The notes under the pieces are model-generated. The model was not told where the DNA came from, ran no database searches, and was given only the letters and a program-made list of their open reading frames with translations. The position numbers were made by a program, and so were the translations under genes. 64,000 nt of DNA from Callorhinchus milii (lineage: Eukaryota). Each line of letters opens with the position of its first letter. The stretch's first letter is position 1. Shown here one piece after another: positions 23,880 through 36,554 of the stretch. Location of the stretch: NCBI RefSeq assembly GCF_018977255.1, contig NW_024704742.1:129334001-129398000 (forward strand), written 5' to 3'.

Positions 23880-24350
23880 GTCCTGGTTAGACTTCATCTG
23901 AAATATTCTATTGAAATCTTGGTCACCCCTCTTTAGGAAAAGAGATTCGCTACTCCAAGACATAATTACCTATGAAGAGAAGAGCGACTGAATAAAACTG
24001 GGTTATAGTCCCTAGAGCTGAGCAAGTTAAGGGGGATCTGATTGAAATCTATGAAATAATAAAGGGAAAACTGATGTAGATTGATTTTACCCTGTATTGC
24101 ACTTGATCTGGAATATCGTGTCCAAATAATTTTCAAATTAGACCTCTTCTGGTTAAAGGTGATTTGAGGAAACATTTACTTGATGATTGTATGAATGTGG
24201 AATACTCTGGAACATAGATCACAGGTGTTTGAGAAGGAATTGGTACTTGAGAAGTTACAGATATGGAGAAAATACTTGGAACTAGATGAGAAAGATACGT
24301 TATTCCATAATTTAATACAATTAATAAATGCATACTCAATGAGCTCAATG
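23880..24350 (+). mobile_element. Degraded CR1 3' fragment
   Basis: ctgaataaaactggggttatagtccctagag...ttaaggggggatctgattgaa-like segment resembling the 15700-15960 CR1 region. Confidence 0.6.
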
Positions 24351-24753
24351 GCCCAATCTTATTTGTGTGTTCTCTCTGTCCTTAATCTATTTATTTATGG
24401 TATTGCCTCCCACAAGTAGTGAACAGTTTTAAATACATTTTGGTAGTTGTATATTTTACACCAAGGGAAAGGATATCTTCCTCTCCATATTTTCTGTCTT
24501 GCCTTCTTTTCAGATGGGGCTTAAGCAACAGTATTGCTTTATTTATATTTAAAAGGATAGTTTCTAACTAATCAAGTAAAGGTATCTGTGAATGGAAACT
24601 GACTGGTTACTTATTCTGATCTTTCATTGCAAATTGTAAATATATAGAAAGAACCTTGCTTTCACTCATCCCGCCTTTTGAGTCCTTGAGCACAATATAG
24701 TGGATATTTATTTGCCAAAACACTTATTTATTTATTTTCTGTTTTTATTCTAG

Positions 24754-24849
24754 AATATGTGTGTAGATTACCTTCAGAATCAGGAGCTGAAGAAGACTCC
24801 AAATGGTCTGTGTTCTCTTGCTAATGCTGCAGTTTGTGTTTTTGAAGAG
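24754..24849 (+). CDS. HERC1: HERC1-like coding exon 2
   Basis: ttctag|NMCVDYLQNQELKKTPNGLCSLANAAVCVFEE|gtttgt; 96 nt; matches human ...DGLCSLYEAALCLFEE. Confidence 0.9.
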
Positions 24850-26060
24850 GTTTGTACTGCTTTCACTACTTTCACAATTTACATAGTATTTTATATTATA
24901 AAATGGAGATAACTGTTGACTGAATAATCCAAGTACAATTTGTTGTTTTCTTGGCAACATTTTTTTCAATTTCATTCTTCTCGAAGTACTTTTAATGTGA
25001 ATATTTTTATATGCCTTATTATTTTAATTCACTCTGCCCCATTCACCTAGTCTAAGCTGTCAAGTTCACTGATGTGGACTTCCAATTAATGAATGAAATT
25101 AATTAATAAAAGGAGCTATGCAAATGTCATTTTGTTGTTGTTTTAAGTGCATTTTGACGATGTGATCTGCTAAAATTGCAGAGCTATCTTGAGGGACTGA
25201 ATAACCAACTTCTCTTCTCTGTATCTGATGTGCTTGATTCTTGAGATTTCCCATTAGGAACATTCATTGCCAACTGTGCTGATTAATACCTGCACATGGA
25301 ACATGATCACTTAAGTGGTGCACTGGATGACTTGCCCTAATTTGGTGAATCCCCTTCCCCTAGTACTTTGTCTTGATATTGGACACCAATTTTACAGCTG
25401 AGATGAGAAGTTTTCTATGGAGACTGTGAAAGCAGCTCACTTGCTGTACATAATCTAATTAGAACTGTACTTGCTTTCCAATTATAGTATTGTGAGAGGT
25501 GTACCTTTTTCTTAACTGGTTCAATTTCAAACTTTACTTTGCTTAAGCAGAAATTACATAATTTCAGAAATTTGCAGGCAGGCTGGGACAGTTTTGTATG
25601 AGACAGTGCCATAAATAACACTTAAAAGCAGTGACCATTTCTGTAATGTTGCAGTTCATCCCTGTGATTTACAAGAGCTGTGGCTAAGTAACAAAATGAA
25701 AAGCTATTATCTATCAGTGTGTTTCAAACCCAATTTTTAAATTTTTTTTTAAAAATAGGCTAGTTATTCTTCCCTATTCTCTTTTGGTTCTCTAGGGCCT
25801 AGGCAATGTACCATTCCACAACTAAGATGGTTGCAGGTGAGCTGCACCCAGGGATGTGTTTGTCACTTTTGAAACAGTTGCTAGGAGCTAAGGTGCCCAA
25901 GAATAGCTCAGATTGACTCCTTTTTTAAAAGAAAAACTAATTGTATTTTTTGGCATCCTTTCACATAGGGAGATATATTACCACTGTTTGGTTCCTCCCC
26001 CAATGCCTTGGCTAAGATTGAAACCCCTGCCATCTTCATCTCAATAGTGGCCCCAGACAC

Positions 26061-26235
26061 TATACCTTTGTGCCACAATGTTTTTGTGCAACAATTCACT
26101 GCAGTAGTTTGAACCGTTATTTTTAAGAGATTAGCTGGGTGCTGTTTTACAAATGGTACAGGATAATCTCATGATCAACGGAAGTTATGATATGACAGTG
26201 GCAGTCATTACAAGTTTGTAAACTTGCAGTTCTAG
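26061..26235 (+). repeat. ~175-bp intronic element, copy 1
   Basis: Direct diverged repeat of 27558-27730. Confidence 0.8.
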
Positions 26236-26903
26236 AATTTCATCTCAATAGTAAGGCTCATTTTTGACAAGTGCCAAGGATTGTGTTTGAATAGTGCTAT
26301 TTGATAAGGGAGTGCTATTGGCATTATAGTTGGAACGAGTGAAAAAATAAATCTTAAGGTCGTTCCTGGAACAGATTTCTGAGGATTTGTTGAATTGGTG
26401 TTTTCTATCTGATTGGCTTGGCACAGAGCATTGTTCTATTTGTGCCACGTAGGTGATGGTTCTGCTTAGGTCCTGGGTTCTCTCTTACACCTTGGAATGT
26501 AACTAGCTATAGTTGGTGGAGGAGAAAATTGACCAAAAAAAAATTTATTCTCACGTAATAACAGATACAATTTTTATAACTCTAGTATAACTGACAATGT
26601 GCAGATAAAATTCTATTCTTGCTGCTATTCACAGCCGCCCCTCCCTCCCCCACATTTGTAGAGATGTTGAGAATAGGATTGAGCTGGTCTACAATGCCTT
26701 CCACAAATAAGTAGCTTCCCAACTCAGGTTTCATTAAAATAAAAACTGACAATATAGAATAAATGCCTATTTATTGTTGGAGAATAACTTACTGGTGTAC
26801 TAATTTGAATTAATTTGTCTGGCTTGCAGTGCTGAACATTTCTTTAGGCTTTCTGAATCTCGGTAGTATTTCATGCTAACTGGTCTGCTTTTCCTCCTTT
26901 TAG

Positions 26904-27083
26904 ATTTGCAGGCTAGCCTTAGACTGCCTGTGCAGCACCAGTTCACATAACTCTCAGAGCCGAGAGAGTGAGTCCAGTACAGTATACGTTTGGGGTAGCA
27001 ACAGCAGCCATCAACTCGCAGAAGGAACACTGGAAAAAATATTGCAACCCAAATTAGCACACGGGTTTGCCAATGCTCAGACG
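26904..27083 (+). CDS. HERC1: HERC1-like coding exon 3 (start of RCC1-like domain)
   Basis: ttttag|ICRLALD...VYVWGSNSSHQLAEGTLEKILQPKLAHGFANAQT|gtaagc; 180 nt. Confidence 0.93.
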
Positions 27084-27557
27084 GTAAGCAGGTTTAAGAT
27101 CAAGAACTTAGTGTTTGTGATAACATTGTGCTAACCTGTACTTGTGCATAAGAGCCGTGTAATGAAGATAACTATCCATAAACGGTTTTGCAGAAGCAGG
27201 TTAACACTAGATATTTTTACTAGAAAAGAGACGTTTAACATTGGGACCTACTAGAGGTGCTTAAAATTATTTTTAAAAAAAGGATTTGATAACATTAGCA
27301 TATGTAGGCTTTTTGGGGTGTTCGTATTTAAGGGGACACAACTATAATAAGAAAGCAACTAGGAGATCTAAAAGAGAATTTAGAAGGGTAGTGAAAATAT
27401 GGAATTCAAAGCCCAAAGCGGTGGTTAAAGCAAATGGTATTAATGCACTTGAGAGGCAGCTCGACCTTCATATGATGGAGAAAGGAATAGAAGGAAGGCG
27501 GTGAGGAATGGGTGGAGACTTGCGTGGACTATAAATACCGGCACAGACTGGTGGGTG

Positions 27558-27730
27558 TATAACTTTGTGGCACAATGTCTTTGGGTAACGATTCACTGCA
27601 TTAGCAAGCACCCTGATTTTTAAGAGATTACCTGCATGCTATTTTATAATTGCTACACAGAAATCTTGTGATCAACAGAGGTTATGGTAGGACAGTGGCA
27701 GTGGTTACAGTTTGTAAATTTACAGTTCTG
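27558..27730 (+). repeat. ~175-bp intronic element, copy 2
   Basis: Direct diverged repeat of 26061-26235. Confidence 0.8.
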
Positions 27731-28003
27731 GGCAAGTTTCCTTACTCCATACGCTCTGTTTACCTAGCAATAAGTAGGAGCCTGGTTGGTGGATTGCTTA
27801 TCCGGGGGTAATAATTCCTTCAAAAAGATAATAATAATTAATTGTTATTTCAATCCACGACTGTTTGTACACTGCTGTGCACAATTGGCTGCCGCATTGC
27901 GCCCACAAAATATGTAGTCAAATTCACTTTACAGAATACTCTGAAGCTTTGAGACGTCTCAAAGATGTGATAAAGCGCTATATCAAATGCAAGGATTATT
28001 ATT
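27729..28003 (+). mobile_element. 5'-truncated Deu-domain SINE, long subfamily
   Basis: Contains the extra segment ctctgtttacctagcaataagtaggagcctggtt. Confidence 0.85.
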
Positions 28004-28121
28004 AGAATTCCATCTCAGAGGTAATCCTTATTATTGCTGTACAGTAGATGTAAATCTTCGAGTTCCCTCTTGAAATCTGATGTGGATTCTGCTCGACTAC
28101 AAAGGCTTTTACATTAAGTGT

Positions 28122-28424
28122 GGAGTCCTGCAGCTCAGTGGTTAGAGCACTCGCTTTGCAAGCGAGAGACCTGAGTTTGATTTCCAGCAGGGTGAAACCT
28201 TGGGCAAGTTTCCTTACTCTGCACGCCTGATAATAATCCCTCAAGAAAAAAAAGCAATAACAATTTGGTCACTCAATCCACGACTGTTTGTGCACACTGC
28301 AGTGTGCAATTGGCTGCCATGTTTCACCCACAATTATACAGTCAATTCACTTTACAGCATATTCTGCGAAGCGCTTTGAGGGGTCGTGAAAAGCGCTATA
28401 TCAAATGCAAAGATTATTATTATT
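28122..28424 (+). mobile_element. Young Deu-domain SINE
   Basis: Full head, core and (ATT)n tail. Confidence 0.92.
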
Positions 28425-28894
28425 TCACATTACTGCTATGTGTTCACCTTTTGGGTTTGAGCTTTTGTAAATAAAGACAGAATTTCAAAGAAAAGCAGGA
28501 AATGATTCATTCAATAAAGAGAAGTTAATGTAGCTTAGTATGTTCTCATGTGAAGAGGGGAAGAGAAATGTGACTGAAGTTTTTAAGATACGAAAAGGAA
28601 TATGTGCAACACCAGAAAACAAAACAAAGGAAATGTTGATTATAGGATGCAGAAGCCTGAGGTAATTGTGATTCAAGATCAGTATCTTTACACACTATTT
28701 TATATTTGTGAAATAGCACAGAAAAAAAGTGACTTAATTGGAGCATCCAGAAAATGAATCATCGGATTCCTAATTTTTAAATTTGTATCAGATTGCTATT
28801 TCCTACAAAATGGCAGGATCATCATTACTTTTTCGTACATTTTTTCTTTTATCAAATCTAATATTTATTTATCTTTTACTAACATTTCCCCCAG

Positions 28895-29206
28895 ATTGAG
28901 GCTGGACAATACTGCACATTTGCAATTTCCGACGATGGTTCTGTGAAAGCTTGTGGAAAGGGGAGTTATGGCAGACTCGGCTTAGGAGACTCTAACAATC
29001 AATCTGCACCAAAAAAGCTGACCTTTGAACCTCATCGCAGCATCCGGAAAATCTCCTCCTCTAAAGGCTCTGATGGTCACACGTTAGCTGTGACTACTGA
29101 GGGAGATGTATTCAGCTGGGGAGATGGTGATTATGGAAAGCTGGGGCATGGAAACAGTGCAACACAGAAATATCCTAAGCTGATTCAAGGACCATTATTA
29201 GGAAAG
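28895..29206 (+). CDS. HERC1: HERC1-like coding exon 4 (RCC1 repeats)
   Basis: cccag|IEAGQYCTFAISDDGSVKACGKGSYGRLGLGD...GPLLGK|gtactg; 312 nt. Confidence 0.95.
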
Positions 29207-29671
29207 GTACTGTATAGCATTTGAAGTTATCCTAATGCAGCTTTTCTATTTCAAACATAATTTTTTATTTCTGCCCCATGCACATTTTGTTACAAGTGAA
29301 ATTCTGCTTTGCCTTAAGCTTGCTGATCAATATAATTTCTGAAAGATCCACACTTTTCCAGGACTCTGCATGTTACAGTAGTTGTAATAGAATGTCCAAT
29401 TTAGCATTGTGATCTAACATTGTGTCAGGTAGACATCTCATTGCAGAATCCTGGAACATTGATATGGGATGATTCCTATAGCAGCTGTTTGTGGAACATT
29501 GCTGCCGCATTTCACCACAAAAAACAGTCAAAAACACTTTGTACATCTTGTGAAGCGCTTTGAGACGTCTCTCCAGTGTAATTATCAAATGCAAGGATTA
29601 TTATTTTATCAAATAAATAAGTCTTTGAAGTTTAAGACCCTTCAAATAATTCACTTTTTTTTCTTTTGCAG

Positions 29672-29768
29672 ATTGTGGTCTGTGTGTCTGCAGGCTACAG
29701 GCATAGTGCAGCAGTTACATCTGATGGAGAGCTTTATACCTGGGGAGAGGGTGACTTTGGGAGACTTG
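29672..29768 (+). CDS. HERC1: HERC1-like coding exon 5 (RCC1 repeat)
   Basis: ttgcag|[33 protein letters not shown]|gtgagt; 97 nt. Confidence 0.95.
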
Positions 29769-30448
29769 GTGAGTACAAATGGATCTAGGGCTGTACAGTG
29801 TTGCCCTGTTATAACGTGGTATTGAGATCCATAAAAATCCAAACTTGATAGGCAGGTTCAATATGTGAACGCACAGCCGGCTGACTCACTCACTCCCAGG
29901 TCCTGCACTAAAATGACCAGCTACTGGATTATCAACATTACTTTCTATGTATGCAAAGCAGGCCGTGATGTCAGCGCTGACCTGAAAGTCTTGTTTTTTT
30001 TGTTTACATTAGAATATACAGCACAGAAACAGGCCATTCGGCCCAACTGGTCTCTGCCAGTGTTTATGCTCCAATGAGCTTCCTCCTGCCCTTCCTCAAC
30101 TAAGCCTTCAAGCATGACCTTCTAGGTTTTAGTTTCCTTTTAGTTTCTTGGGTAACTGAAATTTGGCAAAGTATTATTGAATATTATTAGTTGCTGTTTT
30201 GCCTTGGGATGTCCTCCCAATGTGAAAGGTGCCTTTTAAATATAAAATTGTATTGGGGTTCTAACTCTGGAGAAGCACTTAATGGGGTCACCCTGTGACA
30301 CGTTCTAGCATTGAAATATACTTTGAGTGACTTATTTGATTATTACAATTTTTTTTAGCAGCAAACTAGTCTTGTATCATAATAAAAAAAGGTGATAAAC
30401 AGTGTCATGTTTGATGTATTTTCTTTGGAATTTTTTTTCAAACTTTAG

Positions 30449-30592
30449 GACATAGTGACAGCCATAGCCGTAATTTGCCAGCTCTTGTCAAGGACATCAG
30501 CAGTGTTGGTCAAGTAGCCTGTGGCAGCTCTCATACCATCGCTGTGTCTCAGGATGGACGAACAGTGTGGTCATTTGGAGGGGGAGACAATG
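30449..30592 (+). CDS. HERC1: HERC1-like coding exon 6 (RCC1 repeat)
   Basis: tttag|HSDSHSRNLPALVKDISSVGQVACGSSHTIAVSQDGRTVWSFGGGDN|gtaagg; 144 nt. Confidence 0.95.
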
Positions 30593-31439
30593 GTAAGGCT
30601 ATATTTCCACTTAGTGATTCATCAGAAATAATATGCAGCTTTCAATGGTTTCTTTTCTTAACAGTTTTTTATCTACTCATAAATAACCATCACAAACTAG
30701 AGTCATTTTTGGCTGTTTATCCCCTCTTCCAAATCCTTTTATTCTCTCCCTTCAAACGTGCATCATGCTTTCTTCTCAATAGGTTGATGCTTTCTGCTTC
30801 CACCACAGCTTCAGACAAGAAGTACAACATTCTCACCACCCTATGCTTAAAGTTGACCCTCTTAAAATCTCTTAGATCCACTGTTTATAAGGTTATAGTC
30901 TTATGTTTATAACTTATTGTTTTGAATTCACAAACTAGTGAGGAAAGAGTTTATTATTTGTCTCCTTTATTAATAAATTGTGACAACTCTATCAGGTCCC
31001 CTCTCAATTGTTTAATTTCCAGAGAAAAATCTGTCCAATTTTTTTTTAAATTCCCTGCATTTGATATCACGCCTGATTGCCAAAATTGATCGTTCACTTC
31101 ATGGGACATTGAAGTGTGCAAACTAAAGAAAAAACGTAAGGTGTACACTTTTGAAGGCAGTAGCAAACAGTGAGATTGATGATATTGATAAATGCTGGAG
31201 CTTTGGATTCTCAGTTCGTGAGATTGTTTAGTGCTCGATGTATTACCTCCCCGGTGTTCCGCAGTCTGTATTAATTGTTCTTTATGTTATGTTTCAGTAA
31301 TCCAGTCAAGATTAATTGTCCTCTGATAACCTGCAGTGATTGTATCACAAATGTAATCTTCCTGTTGAGGGCAAAATATCACATCAAACGCTGCTTCACA
31401 AACTGAAGCAAGACGTGGACATGTCGTGAAAGGGAAGGA

Positions 31440-31720
31440 AGCAGAGGGTTATTTTTAGGGGAACTGGGTCAAAATGGCGGGATATTACATAGGGTGCCTC
31501 AGGGGTCTGTGCCTCTTCTGTTCCTTGCATACATTATTGATCTGAATTCGCAGACCCAGTGTAAATTAGTTAAATTTGCAGATGATGAGTTGGGGTGAAC
31601 TGTGGAATCAATGGAGGAGGTAAAGGTCTTACAAAGAGAGTTTGATAGATTTTGCACATCGACTGATAACTGGCAAAACTGGTTTTAACGTATAGGAAGT
31701 AAGAATAGGAAATGCATGTA
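31440..31720 (+). mobile_element. Degraded CR1 RT fragment
   Basis: gggtgcctcaggggtctgtgc...aaatttgcagatgat (GVPQGSV / KFADD remnants). Confidence 0.7.
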
Positions 31721-31952
31721 CTCAGTGGTTTGGAAGAAGATATCATTTAATCTTAAATTCTTGACTCGTGCATTCTGACATCTCCTCATTGATGGGGTAA
31801 TATAGAATTCCACAGTTAACCACCAAGTGTTGCCTTCATAGCACGGATTCCAAAATCTATCATGTTAAAATCCTTATTGTTCTAAACCATTGCAGTATAC
31901 ATTTCCCTTTTTCACTTGTATTGTGATAATTGAAATAATCTTGTGATCTTAG

Positions 31953-32080
31953 GTAAACTTGGTCACGGGGACACTAACCGAGTCTACAGGCCAAAGGTAG
32001 TTGAATGTTTGCAGGGATTGTACATCAGGAAGGCGTGTGCTGGGAGCCAGTCCTCACTTGCATTAACGTCTGCTGGACAG
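31953..32080 (+). CDS. HERC1: HERC1-like coding exon 7 (RCC1 repeat)
   Basis: cttag|KLGHGDTNRVYRPKVVECLQGLYIRKACAGSQSSLALTSAGQ|gtaagg; 128 nt; not in the ORF track. Confidence 0.95.
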
Positions 32081-33062
32081 GTAAGGTGATTTTCCATGTG
32101 GAAAAGGAATGATTCTGTGGTGATTTTGTATTAACGCTGGTATCGATTGTTATAGATTAAAGTCTCTGGAAAATCCTTTAATCTCAGCTATAATCTTGAA
32201 CTACATGAAAGAGAAGTAAATTACATTAAAATTACAGAACCTTAAACAAGTTAAACAATTCAGTGATCATAAACAATCCATTGTGAAAGCAGATGGATAG
32301 GAGTGCCCAGGTTTAAGGGTTATAACTGATAATTTTATGACCGACACCAGGAACTCTATACAAAGAGGGTAATCAACAGCTGGAATGGCTATGACAATTT
32401 ATGTAAGTTGAAATTTTAAAGCACCTTATCACATGGAAATATCTTAAAAATGCTTTATGAATAATTGCTATCAAGTATAATGCCATTTTCGTAGGCAAAA
32501 TCTTATCTAGTTTATGACCTCATGTTATAGGTCTTGCTTTTCTATCTGATTGTAACACTGGCTTTTGAATTTAACTTGTTATGGTATTTGGTGTGTATCA
32601 TTAAAATAGCTATTGTAAAATATCCAGATGGAGTTTGATAAATATCCACTAAGAGAGATGCTTTGAGACACTACCCCCTACAATGAGCCCTCTATAAATG
32701 CACATTGTTTTCGTTGAGGCAATTAGTATTTTAAATTTTGGGATGTCTACAACTCAAATTCCAAGAAGCTAATCTTGTATTTTAATGTATCCAAAATTTG
32801 AACTATTGAGATGTCTCAAAGACATGATAATGCTCTATATCATATGCAAGGATTATTATATTTAAAAAGTTGATTTAAAAACAAGTACAAATTGTATCAC
32901 AGAATCCTATAAAGAATCTTATAAAAATGCTAGATAGTGGCAATCTAAGATCGGAAATAAGCAAAAGGAGAGGTTAGGAGAAATGTTTTCACGCATAGAA
33001 TAGTTAGGATATGGAATGCCCTGCTGGGGGTAATAGTTGAGGCAAAATCTATATTGACCTTC

Positions 33063-34095
33063 AACAACAACAACAAGATTATATTTGTATAGCGCCTTTC
33101 ACATCGGGAGGACGTCCAAAGTTACTGGACAATGTATAGCATTTCAGACCCGAGCTGGGGTGAGGGAGGGAAAGGGAAGGGGGGTGACCGATGGCACGGT
33201 CGAAGAGGAGGAATTTGGAGGCGGGACTTGAAGGAGGCTTTAATAAGCCTTATAATAACCCTATAGCTTATAATATAAGCCTTCCTCACTCCCTTCGTCT
33301 CACTCCCTCCCTTCCCATTTTCAGGTCTCTGCTGAAGACCTTTCTTTTCGACCGCGCCTTTGGTTACCTTCCTCCCCTTCCCCCTGGCTCAGTCCCGGGA
33401 TCTGTTACCGTAAAGCACACTGATGCCGTCCGGCGTGGAGGGCGCTATATAAATCCAAGTTGTTGTTGTTGTTGAGGGGGTGAGGCAGAGTGATTGGGGG
33501 GTGGAATTCCAGAGGTTGGGGTGGCTGAAGGCTCTCCCGTCAATGGTGGGACAAGTGGGTCGGGGGACGTGGAGCATGCCGCAGCCAGCTGAGCGGAAGA
33601 GCGGGCAGGTTGGTAGGGGGTTAGGAGGTCGCAGAGGTAGGGTGGGGCAAGGTCATGGAGGGCTTTGTAGGTGAGGACCAGGATCTTGAACTGGATTCTC
33701 TGAAGGATAGGGAGGGAGCCAATGGAGTCGGGCGAGAATGGGGGAGATGGGGTCAAGGAGTTTGGTGCGGGAGAGGACACGGGCTGCCGAGTTCTGGATT
33801 ATCTGCAGCCTGTGGAGGGAGGAGTTGGGAAGGCCGACAAGCAGGGCGTTAGCATAGTCGAGCCTGGAGGTGATGAAGGCATGAACAAGAGTTTCAGTGG
33901 CCTGAGGGGTGAGGTAGTGGCGGAGTCGGGCAATGTTATGGAGGTGAGGGAAGGCAGAGCGGGTCATGGCTTGGATGTGGGGAAGAAAAGACAGTTGAGG
34001 GTCGAACAAGACACCTAGGATCCTGACTGGCTTGGTGAGTCTTAGTGTGCAACCATGGAGGTTGATGCTGCCAGAGCCTGAGGTGCAGAAGCGGT
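33063..34095 (-). mobile_element. 5'-truncated L2 inserted in a CR1 3' fragment (TSD TTCAA) and itself interrupted by a + strand L2 tail
   Basis: (CAA)n tail at 33062; FDPQLSFLPHI...HAFITSRLDYANALL; TTCAA at 33060-33064 and 34102-34106. Confidence 0.9.
33280..33473 (+). mobile_element. Short L2 3' fragment nested in opposite orientation
   Basis: cactcccttcgtctcactcc...gggcgctatataaatccaagttgttgttgttgtt. Confidence 0.85.
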
Positions 34096-34530
34096 GAAAA
34101 TTTCAAGTGGGAAATAGACACACACCCTTGTAGCTGACTCATTTTAAGGTATGGGGAGAGGGGCAGATAAGTGAAAGCATTTCCGTTGATGGAGTGGGCA
34201 CAGAGACAATGGGCCGAATGGCTGCCTTCTTTACCCTAAATTTCTATGGTTCTATTGACTCTTCCCTTCTGTACAGGGATTCAAAACAAGTGGGACATAA
34301 TTAATAACATAACAACTAAACCAGTTGGAAGTGAGATCAAAAAACATTTCTTCACGCAGAGCCTTACAGAATACATTGCCTTGGAGACTGCAAAGACTGA
34401 ATCAATTTGGATGTTTGAAAGAGAGACAGACGGATTGACAAGCAAGCAGGATATTAAGGAGAATAGAGAAAAGGCAGGGAAATTGTATTTCTGTCATGAT
34501 CTATATTGGTTGTCTTCTCTTCGATTTCAG

Positions 34531-34675
34531 GTGTTTGCTTGGGGCTGTGGCTCTTGCCTGGGAAGTGGTTCTTCAGAGACTACTGCTCTTAGACCTCGAC
34601 TAGTCGACGAGCTAAATTCAACCAAAATCATTGACATTTCCTGTGGAGACAGCCATTGTTTAGCTCTAACACACG
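34531..34675 (+). CDS. HERC1: HERC1-like coding exon 8 (RCC1 repeat)
   Basis: tttcag|VFAWGCGSCLGSGSSETTALRPRLVDELNSTKIIDISCGDSHCLALTH|gtgaga; 145 nt. Confidence 0.95.
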
Positions 34676-35260
34676 GTGAGATGCTACAACCTAATTGTAT
34701 GTACCTGAAATTGCATTCACTCATACATTTACCGTTAAACATCCAGTTGAACCTGTTTATTCATGGGCCTTGGGATTTATATAGATTACTGTATAGCACC
34801 GAAAAGGACCATGCAGACCAACTAGTCCATGTGGTGTTTATACTGCACGAGTCTCCACCCGCTCCTTACTCCCTCCCATATCCCCCTTTTCTTCCTCATG
34901 TGTATGTATATATACTTTCTTCTTAATTGCATCCATACTTCAACCGTCAGTTTGGCAGCAAGTTCCACTTTCTCACTACTCTCTGTGTGAAGTATTTCCT
35001 CCTGAATTCTCTTTTAGATTCCCTAATCACTATCTTATATGGGATGGTTACATGAAGTAGACAGTGAGCAATGTATGAGCAGTGATCGCAGTCTGAGATG
35101 AGTTGTGACCTTTCGGATAAATTTCTTTCTAAAAACCAGATTCCATATGCAGGTAGCAGTCACTTTCAGAAATAATTTAGAATTCGTATCTGGTAGATGT
35201 CTGATCATGCTAGGATCAAACTATTCAATCTAGTAGAAAATAATGGTCTAAGTGTACAGT

Positions 35261-35611
35261 GAAGTCCTGTAGCTCAGTGGTTAGAGCACTCTCCTCGCAA
35301 GCAAGCAAGAGACCTGGGTTCAATCCCTGGCAAGGCAAAATGTTGGGCATTTTTCCTTACTCTACACACCTCTGTTTACTTAGCAGTAAGTAGGAACCCG
35401 GTTGTTAGTCGATTGGCAAAGCACTTTTCCCTGTGTAATAATTCCACGACTCAATCCACGACTGTTTGTGGTACACTGCTGTGCGCAATTGGCTGCTGTG
35501 TTTCGCCTACAAAATATACAGTCAATTCACTTTAAAGTATATTCTGTGAAGAGCTTTGAGATGCCTCGAAGACGTGATGGGGCACTATTTCAAATGCAAG
35601 TATTATTATTA
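35261..35611 (+). mobile_element. Deu-domain SINE, long subfamily, full length
   Basis: tRNA-like head plus the cctctgtttacttagcagtaagtaggaacccgg segment, core and tail. Confidence 0.9.
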
Positions 35612-35833
35612 GAGAGAAAATAACACTGATTGCGACCAGTCCTATTAGGAAGAAGTAAACAGTGGATCATTGCACCTCCTGCACAATGCAAATTGTCCAC
35701 AGTGCAAACTAAAAAATTGTTGTATCAAAAATCCAGTTGGGCGTGAATTTATGCACCTGTATATGAGATCACTGTAGACATGATATATCTGCACATTGTG
35801 ACTAAATTGTATCCCTAGGGTCTTTGCACTCCT

Positions 35834-36410
35834 GCAGCAACAACAACAAAATTACATTTGTATAGTGCCTTTCATGTCAGGAGGAGTCCCAAGGCACTGG
35901 TCAGATAGAGTTATGGACCCGAGCTGAGGGTCGGGGTGGGGGGAGGGCAGGGGGGATTCAGGGAGATCGAAAGCACAGTCGAAGAGGAGGGTCTTGAGGT
36001 GGGTCTTGAAGGTGGTGAGGGAGGGGGTGAGACGGAGGGACTGCGGGATGGAGTTCCAGAATGTGGATGCAGAGTGGCGGAAGGCCCACCCACCAATAGT
36101 GGAGCGATCAAGGCTGGAGATGTGGAGAAGGCTGAAGCCCGCTGAGCAGAGGGAGCGAACAGGGTGTAGGGGGTTAGGAGGTCGGAGAGGTAGTGGGGAG
36201 TAAGACTGTGGAGGGCTTTGAAGGTGAGGACCAGGATCTTGAACTGTATCCTCTGTGATGGGAAGCCAGTGGATTTGGGCAAGGATGGGGGCGATAGGGT
36301 CGCAGAGCCTATTGTGGGAGAGGTCACGGGCTGCAGAGTTCTGGGTGATCTGCAGCCTGTAGAGGGAGGAGTTGGGGAGGCCGACAAGCAGTGAGTTTGC
36401 ATAGTCAAGC
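35834..36410 (-). mobile_element. L2 3' fragment
   Basis: LDYANSLLVGLPNSSL...FWNSIPQSLRL; (CAA)n tail. Confidence 0.9.
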
Positions 36411-36554
36411 ACAGAGCACAACTGGATTATTTGAATGATATCTTTCAGCCCTGCATCTACTTACTATCAAAGCCCAATGAAAATAACCAGACGTTGCACT
36501 AATCAAAGAATGTTGCACCAATTAACGAGAGCAACAATTTGTGTTAATATAGCA

